Positions 56,827 through 64,000 of a stretch of 64,000 bases of DNA are shown piece after piece; position 1 is the stretch's first letter, and the number at the start of each line of letters is the position of its first letter. Both the position numbers and the translations under genes were made by a program. A model generated the notes under the pieces. The model was not told the DNA's origin and did not search any database. It worked only from the letters and a program-made list of their open reading frames with translations. Origin of the DNA: Macrostomum hystrix (lineage: Eukaryota; Animalia; Platyhelminthes); NCBI GenBank assembly GCA_950097015.1, contig CATNEN010000029.1:7998001-8062000 (forward strand), read 5' to 3'.

Positions 56827-59800
56827 ATGGGGGCAACATCAGATTGTATGTTATGGTGTCAGCAAGCAAGCAAAGTAATCACTTTTATAGCTTATTTTGT
56901 TGCTACTATTGCTAAGCCAGGTCGTATGCTTTTTCTGGGATATGACTGTTTTTAATGTAATGTACTTCAAAAACAGGAAACTGGTTTAATAATTAGACTT
57001 ATAATTAGTACTTGTATATGTCATGTAGTGCACTTTCACATAGCATCAGTCTGACAAATGGACTTTTTTGCTTTGTAGGTGTTGCACAAAAATAGCTACT
57101 CACAGTTGAGAAACTGTTAATGTATCAATTAATAATTTTGGCATCAATGGTTCAATTGACCCGCAGACTATCTCACTAGGGACTGCCAGTATCAGAGTAG
57201 TGCCACTGGCATTGGCAAAGGTGTCATGCGCACCAGGGTAACATCGGCACAGATTTTGTCGCACCAGTTTGGCAAAGAGCCATACCCGTCGAATTTCTCG
57301 TGCGAAGTTTATCTATCAACTCGCAGTTCAGATCGCTTCCTGGTCTGGTTCAATCATCTCTACATACCGGATGTGGACCAGATGTGCGAGAATGTGCTGC
57401 ACTGTTTCAATACTAACACACCAATTAGTGAGGGCATGCAGGAAGCCGGCGGACAGACTGGTCTGTGCAAAAGAAGCTTTCCTAAACAGCCTCTTGTCAC
57501 CACTGCGCACTACTTCACCTTCACCTTTAGGTAAGTTAAAATTATATGATTGGCAAACGCTGGAGTCATTTCGATTGTTTGACACTTTGAAATAAAATAC
57601 GAGCGGAGCGAGATGAAGCAATCAGAGTGCAGTCTGGGAGTCAGGGGTTCCCTTCACCATCCAAAAGGCCCATCCGCCCCTTCTCTCCCTCTGCCCATCT
57701 CTCCCTCGACCCCTTCTCTCTCTCTCCTGCCTTCTCTCCCTCCGCTCCTTCTCTCCCTCCGCCCATCTCTCCCTCTGCCCATCTTTCCCTCCACCCCTTC
57801 TCTCCCTTCGCCCTTTCTCTCCCTCCTCCCTTCTCTCCCTCCGCTCTTTCCCTTCCTCCGCCCCATCTCTCCCTCTGCCCCATCTCTCCCTCCTCCCCAT
57901 CTCTCCCTCCGCGTCTGCTCTCCCTCCGCCCCATCTCTCCCTCCGCCCCATCTCTCCCTCTGCCCCATCTCTCCCTCCGCCCCATCTCTCCCTCCGCCCC
58001 ATCTCTCCCCCCGCCCCATCTCTCCCTCTGCCCCATCTCTCCCTCCGCCCCATCTCTCCCTCCGCCCCATCTCTCCCTCCGCCCCATCTCTCCCTCTGCC
58101 CCATCTCTCCCTCTGCCCCATCTCTCCCTCCGCCCCATCTCTCCCTCCACCCCATACCCCATCTCTCCCTCCGCTCCTTCTCTCCCTACGTCTTTTTACA
58201 TGTTTATAGTCTATCTATTTGGAACATAGCCAATGGATCTGTGGATCTGACTTCCATTTTTTTACTGAGCAAATTCGCTTTTGCAGATACAGTTACTTAG
58301 TGTTAAACTCTAAAAGTTCCATAAAGTATGTATATAGCTGTAACCGTTGTAGGCCTGTAGGATTGCTAGTTAATGCTACTACTGCTCAGGTTTTTCAGTG
58401 CATCTTATAGTCAAGTTAATTAACAAGTGTTTTTATTACAATTATCGATTGTCTTGACAAAAATTTTCAACAGCCAAATTAATCAGTGAGAAATGATGTC
58501 TGCAGTCGTATTTAGTTAAAACCATTTGCTATTATTAGCAAATTATTAAACATTGTTTAATTGGCTCTGGCCAACATAGATCAAAGTACAGACCTATGCC
58601 ATTGGGAGTCAAGAACTCCTAGAACGATGAGCATACTGTCTGTCATTGTGCTACATGCTTTTCCCGAGTCTTTGCCAGAGCTGTGGATTATTTTAGTCAG
58701 CTATTCGTTGATCCCCTCGGGTAACAAGCAAATCCCAGTGGCGGCCTGGCAACTGCCTAATGAACCTATAAGTCGCACAAGGGTAGAGGAAGGGCGAGGC
58801 CTAGCCAGGGTCTCATTGGGAAGCCTGTCAATTTTTTTCTGCTCCAGATTTAGTTACGAACCTGGGAGATATTGGCTCTCCTTCCATCGATGAAAACTGG
58901 ATTTTGTTGCCTACCAAAGCCCAACACCAGATCAACTAGAGCCTGCATGCTGATGAGTTCCGATGAGTACTGTTGGCTCGGGATTATGATTAGCTGTTGA
59001 GCAACCAAATCCCACATTTGAAAGCTAGAGAGTTGTGCAATCTGCGATTGTGAAGGATTCGCAGTGAACTGAACACCCAGATTGCTGCGAATTCGTGACA
59101 GTTGTGCCTTTAAGCAAGATCCAAAAAAGGCAAAAAAGGCTCAGTTTTGATTCAACTTTTGTGCCTGAAAATCACTAATTAGACGACGAGTCACGCACTT
59201 AATAGCTACTCCTGCCGTTTGCCCACGATTTTTTTTCTGGATTTCAATAGCAGAATCGGCGTATAAAAAACGGAAATATTACCTTCTCTGATGGTGAAGC
59301 TTCAATTTAATCAACTTTTGCATGGGCTTTTGCGGATACAATTTTTTAATAAGTTAAGCTAAGCACACTCAACCAATCATGGCAAGTAATTTATCAGGGC
59401 AATAAATCTATTCAATAAACTAACTTCTTATTTATGGCCTTTAATTTACCATTAAGTACCTCATACGTTCGTATGAAAACAGTGTGCTTGCAACTTCAAA
59501 TGAGACAGTGGAGGGACAATACTGGGGTGGGACGAGACATGAGAGAGATGACACACGGAAGAATAAGCCATAAGAAAGACAAGACACGAGAAAAATGAGC
59601 TAGATGAGATGCTAGATGAGACAGATGAGATGCAAGAGAGATGAGCTACGGCAGAGATGAGATGCAAGAGAGATGAGCTACGACAGAGATGAGATGCAAG
59701 AGAGATGAGCTACGACAGAGATGAGATGCAAGATAGATGAGCTATGACAGAGATGAGATGCAAGATATATGAGCTACGACAGAGATGAGATGCAAGATAG

Positions 59801-62800
59801 ATGAGCTACGACAGAGATGAAATGCAAGAGAGATGAGATGCAGGAGAGATGAGATGCAACAGAGATAAGATACGCAGAGATGAGATGCAGGAGAGATAAG
59901 ATGCAAGAGAGATGAGCTACGACAGAGATGAGATGCAAGAGAGATGAGCTACGACAGAGATGAGATGCAAGAGAGATGAGCTACGACAGAGATGAGATGC
60001 TAGATGAGACAGAGATGAGATGCAAGAGAGATGAGATTCAGTCTCTACTGTCTTCATCTCACCTACATCCAGTGTCTCCTTTATTCCTTTATTCATCTCA
60101 CCTACATTCATTATCAACTGTCTTCATCTCACCCTACCTATGTGAGCTAAGTTTGTTAAATTGTCACCTTATTGTCACCTTAAATTGTAGCCATGCCTCA
60201 TGGCTACAATCTCATGTTTGGTAGCTCAGCCTTATAACTCTGGAAATTTTGGGGTTTTTCAGCTATGCTATTTTAAAATGAGCCAATATAACTATATTAG
60301 TGAAGTGACTGAGTGCTCTAAGGTCGTAAAGGAGTTAAATGTGGGGTTGGAAAAAAGAGAGAGAGAGAAGCCGTCAGACTGACAGGTCGGTGATTGGGCA
60401 GCTGCCAATAGCTGCTGTTCCCACTCTCGCATGTGGGACTGAAATTTTCTTCTAGCTGTCCTTTAGGGCTATATTTACGGGAGTTAGCCGAGGTTAATGA
60501 CAGGGGATATCGCGACTGAGGGGAAAGAGAAAGGGAATGAGAAAGCTGCAACCCAGCCAGTCATGACTCATTCCCTTTAGTTTCAGTGGTGAAACCCCCT
60601 TCCCTGTGTTGCTGAGCGATCCGAAACAATGAGAATATTGGCACGCTAAAATAAAACCAAGAGAAAGCCTGTTCTGCAGTTTAGTTTAAAGATTAAGAAA
60701 TACCGAATTGGGAAATGATTGGTTATTTGCAACACCATTTTTGCCTTGATTCAGTCATATAAGACAATTTTCGTTAACTGATAAATACACTGCATCTCAC
60801 CCTGAATCTCACAGTCTTTCGCCCTGCATCCCACACTGTCTCTCCCTGCATCCCACACTGTATCTCCCTGCAACTCACCCTGTCTCTCCCTACATCCCAC
60901 CCTGTCTCTCCCTGCATCCCACCCTGTCTCTCCCTGCATCCCACCCTGTCTCTCCCTACATCCCACCCTGTCTCTCGCTGCATCCCACCCTGTCTCTCCC
61001 TGCATCCCACCCTGTCTCTCCCTACATCCCACCCTGTCTCTCGCTGCATCCCACCCTGTCTCTCCCTGCATCCCACCCTGTCTCTCCCTGCATCCCACCC
61101 TCTCTGCATCTTACCGTCTTTGTCACTGAATAATTTATCCACTCGTCCAAAAAGTATTTTGTCTCCAAATACAACGAAGCTTCCTATTTACCTCGGTCTT
61201 TTATCAAACAAAACGAGACTTTCTGTTTCTTTAACCTACATTTTCGGGCTGCTGTGTTCTTCAGCAACAGGCACCATTGAAGCGGCAGTGTCATTCGTTA
61301 ACAGAATTCCTCTTTTCGTGGCCTATTAGAAAAACTGCATTCAGTCTGTCCTCTATTTCCTCTGGTCTCTTCTGCTGGACCTTCGCGCCCCTCATACCTC
61401 ATGCCCCAGCCTCATCAGCTAACGAGATGGACTAGAAGATGTGTTATAAAGGCTTTAAAGAAGAGGAGCAATCGATCGAAGCATTCTTTAAACGCGCGGG
61501 TGGTTGGCGACAAATCCTGTGCTTGTTGCCCTAGGGCATGTTCTAATGGAATTTAGCTTTTCCATTCCATCTACTGAATGACTTATCTAACGCAGAACCA
61601 GCTTTCTTTTGAAAGGCTAAATAAACCGAAAAACAGAATCTGTATGGATGAGATAAAGCAACGATTTATTCGGCCCAATCGTTAATTTATGAGCGTTCGT
61701 TTCTTAGAAACAGACTGAATTTAAGCAGATGATTGTGTGCATTTAATCCACATCTCTATCTGTATTAAAATAAACGAATAAGGTATTGTAGAGTTTTTAC
61801 TTTTTCTAATGTGGTAGAGTCGGATAGTTTTATCTAATGCATGACTGCTAGTCAAAAAGTGATAGAGAAAGTTAGACCCGAAGTTAGTTTTCTTTTTGGC
61901 ACTAGAGAATGAAGAGAGATAAGCAAATAGCCAGTTTGGGGAGAATTCTCCCCTTGACCACCTCTAACAGTCCTTGAGCTGCTAGTCGGCTACTGGCACA
62001 CTGCGGGGCTAACTTTCAGAGCCTGCATTAGGCATCAGTCAGCTAGTATTCTCCCATGCCGATCTCCAATCTTCAATTCCCATCATTTTGGCCTATTTCT
62101 CCCTCTCCTTCTCTCGCCGCCCGGCCGCTGTGTCGGCCCACATGTATACATGCATATATATGCATATATATATATATAAATTCCCGATCAATCTATTTTA
62201 CTTAAACTAATAAGCTAATTATAGATGAAGGGATGAGTGAGACTGCGAGATTCTTCTTGAGTTTCGCTGAGCCGGCCAAATCAATGCAATGAGGGAATCA
62301 TTGTTTAGCTTCCGTTGGGTTAATATAACATTTTTCCGTTGAATTTTTTTTAACCTTTAGCGTAGCCATATGTAAATGATTTTTCAGATGCGGCGCATCT
62401 GAAGGCTGCGTACGGCTGGCTGTTCAGTCCATGGACTGGGGGGACGCCACACCCACCCTCGATTACCCTAGATAATGCTGATACCCATTTAACAGCTGGG
62501 TGAACTGAAGCGATGCAGAGTTAAGTGTCTTGCTTGTGACAAATTGTTACAAGTCGGGTATCGAACCCCAGACTTTCGAGTCGTGAGTCCGACGCTCTAA
62601 CTGCTGGGCTGCGACCCACTAGTTGTAAAAAGCATCGCAATCAAAATTGTTGCTGTCTCAATTGGTACTATCACAAAACAATGGATGACTTTGAATTTCA
62701 AAATCTACTGATCAACTACTGACTTTTATTACGCTTTACTTACAGTAGTCAATAGAACATATATTTAAATTAGTTCTCCCCATTGCGCCCCGCTCCCAGA

Positions 62801-64000
62801 TCGAAGCCAGATAAACTGCCAGCCGATGTGCTTGCTGACGCTAGCGCCGGCTTTCGCCTGACTGTCACCTCCGTTGGCATTCCGGACGTCAAAACGCGGT
62901 CCTGCCCAACAGGTGCCAACGCCAAGGCTGTTGATTCTGCTGCTGATGCCGCCTCTCTGCTGTCTTCCAGTAGTTCCTCTAAATCTGCTCCGGCGGACGC
63001 TGGCGGAAGCGGCATTGTCGGCGCCGGTCTGCTAGGCGCCGAGGAGGCCGAGCAGCTGCGACGCTGCACTTTTCGTAGAGCGTCTCCGCCGCCGCCTCTC
63101 CCGCTGCCGCTGCCTGCGTCTTCTTCGTCGTCCTCCTCCGCCTCCATGCTGGCCGCGGCTTCGTCGAATTCGCTGGCCAACATGCCGCTGACTACCTGGT
63201 GCCTGCCAGTTGAAGCTTTGTGCGACGGCCTCGTCAACTGTCCTGATGGCACGGACGAGCAGCCCGTGTGCCGACGGGACGGTGAGTGCTCTCTACGTTC
63301 TGTTGTGATCTACGCGCAGATTCGTATAGATAGATTTCAATCACCCCCCTGAATTGCCAGTCTCTCTGATGTCGCGCCTGCTCTCACTCGGTGTCGCCGC
63401 CTCGGTAGCCATGGGCGTCGGCGCTGTAGCCCTCGGCATGGGCTGCGTTCTCGGCCTCGCCTGCTGCTGCTATCGGGCGTTGAGTTCCGAGCCTCCGCCG
63501 GCCGCAACAACCACAGCATCGGCGACGCCTAATGCGGCTATGACAACACTTCATTCGCCTGGTCAGCATCAGCTTCTGCTCTATCAGCAGCAGCAGCAGC
63601 AGCACCGTCTGATAATGGCCTCCCGTCAGAGTCCGGCGGCCTCCGTGCAGCGGCCTCCAAGTCGCCAGACGCCGCCGCCACCACATTCAAGCATCGGCGC
63701 AGACTATGCCGCGTACGGCCACAATTCGTCTCATTATTCGCTAGCCGATGGCAGCAGCGGCGGTGGCAGGTCCTACCAGAAGTCCAGCTTAGCAGTTAGC
63801 GCTTATCCCCAGCAGCAGCAGCAGCAGCGAGCCTACAACAGCACTGAGCAACTATTTGGCTATGGCCAGCTTCATCAACAGCAGATTCATCAGAATCCTT
63901 ACAGTCAGCAGCAGCAGCACAATCTCTACAATCATCACCACCATCAGCAGCAGCAGCAGCAGCAGCAGGGTCAGTATCGACTGGGCCAGCACCATCCGCA
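56827..64000 (+). CDS. CUB + LDL-receptor class A + single-TM protein with Q-rich tail (3' partial)
   Basis: Exon 57167-57530 is CUB-like (C...ILSHQFGKEPYPSNFSCEV...FLVWFNHL...YFTFTF). It joins in phase 2 to 62800-63281, which completes the CUB (AGFRLTVTS) and carries the LDLa repeat (WCLPVEALCDGLVNCPDGTDEQPVC). It then joins in phase 1 to 63361-end (TM LLSLGVAASVAMGVGAVALGMGCVLGLACCCY, then polyQ, still open at the window end). The signal-peptide exon at 56827/56848-56920/56923 is tentative. Confidence 0.75.
57670..58190. repeat. Intronic pyrimidine-rich minisatellite, 17-bp CTCCCTCCGCCCCATCT
   Basis: ~30 copies. Confidence 0.95.
59595..60035. repeat. Intronic GAGAT-based repeat (~32-bp GAGATGAGCTACGACAGAGATGAGATGCAAGA)
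   Basis: Tandem copies visible. Confidence 0.9.
60800..61110. repeat. Intronic minisatellite, 22-bp CCTGCATCCCACCCTGTCTCTC
   Basis: ~13 copies. Confidence 0.9.
62383..62617 (-). mobile_element. tRNA-derived SINE family B, copy 2
   Basis: The reverse complement shares head, core and tail with 50318-50515, plus a ~45-bp segment absent from copy 1. Confidence 0.75.

Noticed and set aside
58561-58893. 110-aa plus-strand ORF in the CUB-LDLa intron
   Set aside because: No ATG or motif, and the flanking exons already join in phase without it.

Overview
This is eukaryotic (animal) genomic DNA, not prokaryotic. GC-rich, Ala/Gln-rich exons with GT-AG introns sit in AT-rich DNA full of 17-41 bp minisatellites. 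That style suggests a flatworm such as Macrostomum (inference only). Manual splice reconstruction gives four minus-strand genes: TMEM131 (~4.9-24.6 kb, about 1750 aa, with one clear and one probable +1 frameshift), type II PI 4-kinase (32.5-37.1 kb), a DUF389 membrane protein (41.0-50.8 kb) and ARPC5 (52.0-53.6 kb). On the plus strand there is a CUB-LDLa-TM receptor-like gene running off the right end and an intronless 408-aa orphan ORF (26.05-27.28 kb). Mobile DNA includes a non-autonomous hAT element with TIRs and an 8-bp TSD, a mariner-like MITE, a Tc1 relic and two tRNA-derived SINE families, one with a MetaSINE-like core. The most striking structure is that nearly every reconstructed intron over ~450 bp carries its own unrelated minisatellite. 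Most ORFs in the supplied track are artefacts of these arrays or antisense shadows of exons. Exon coordinates were derived by hand and need RNA-seq confirmation.
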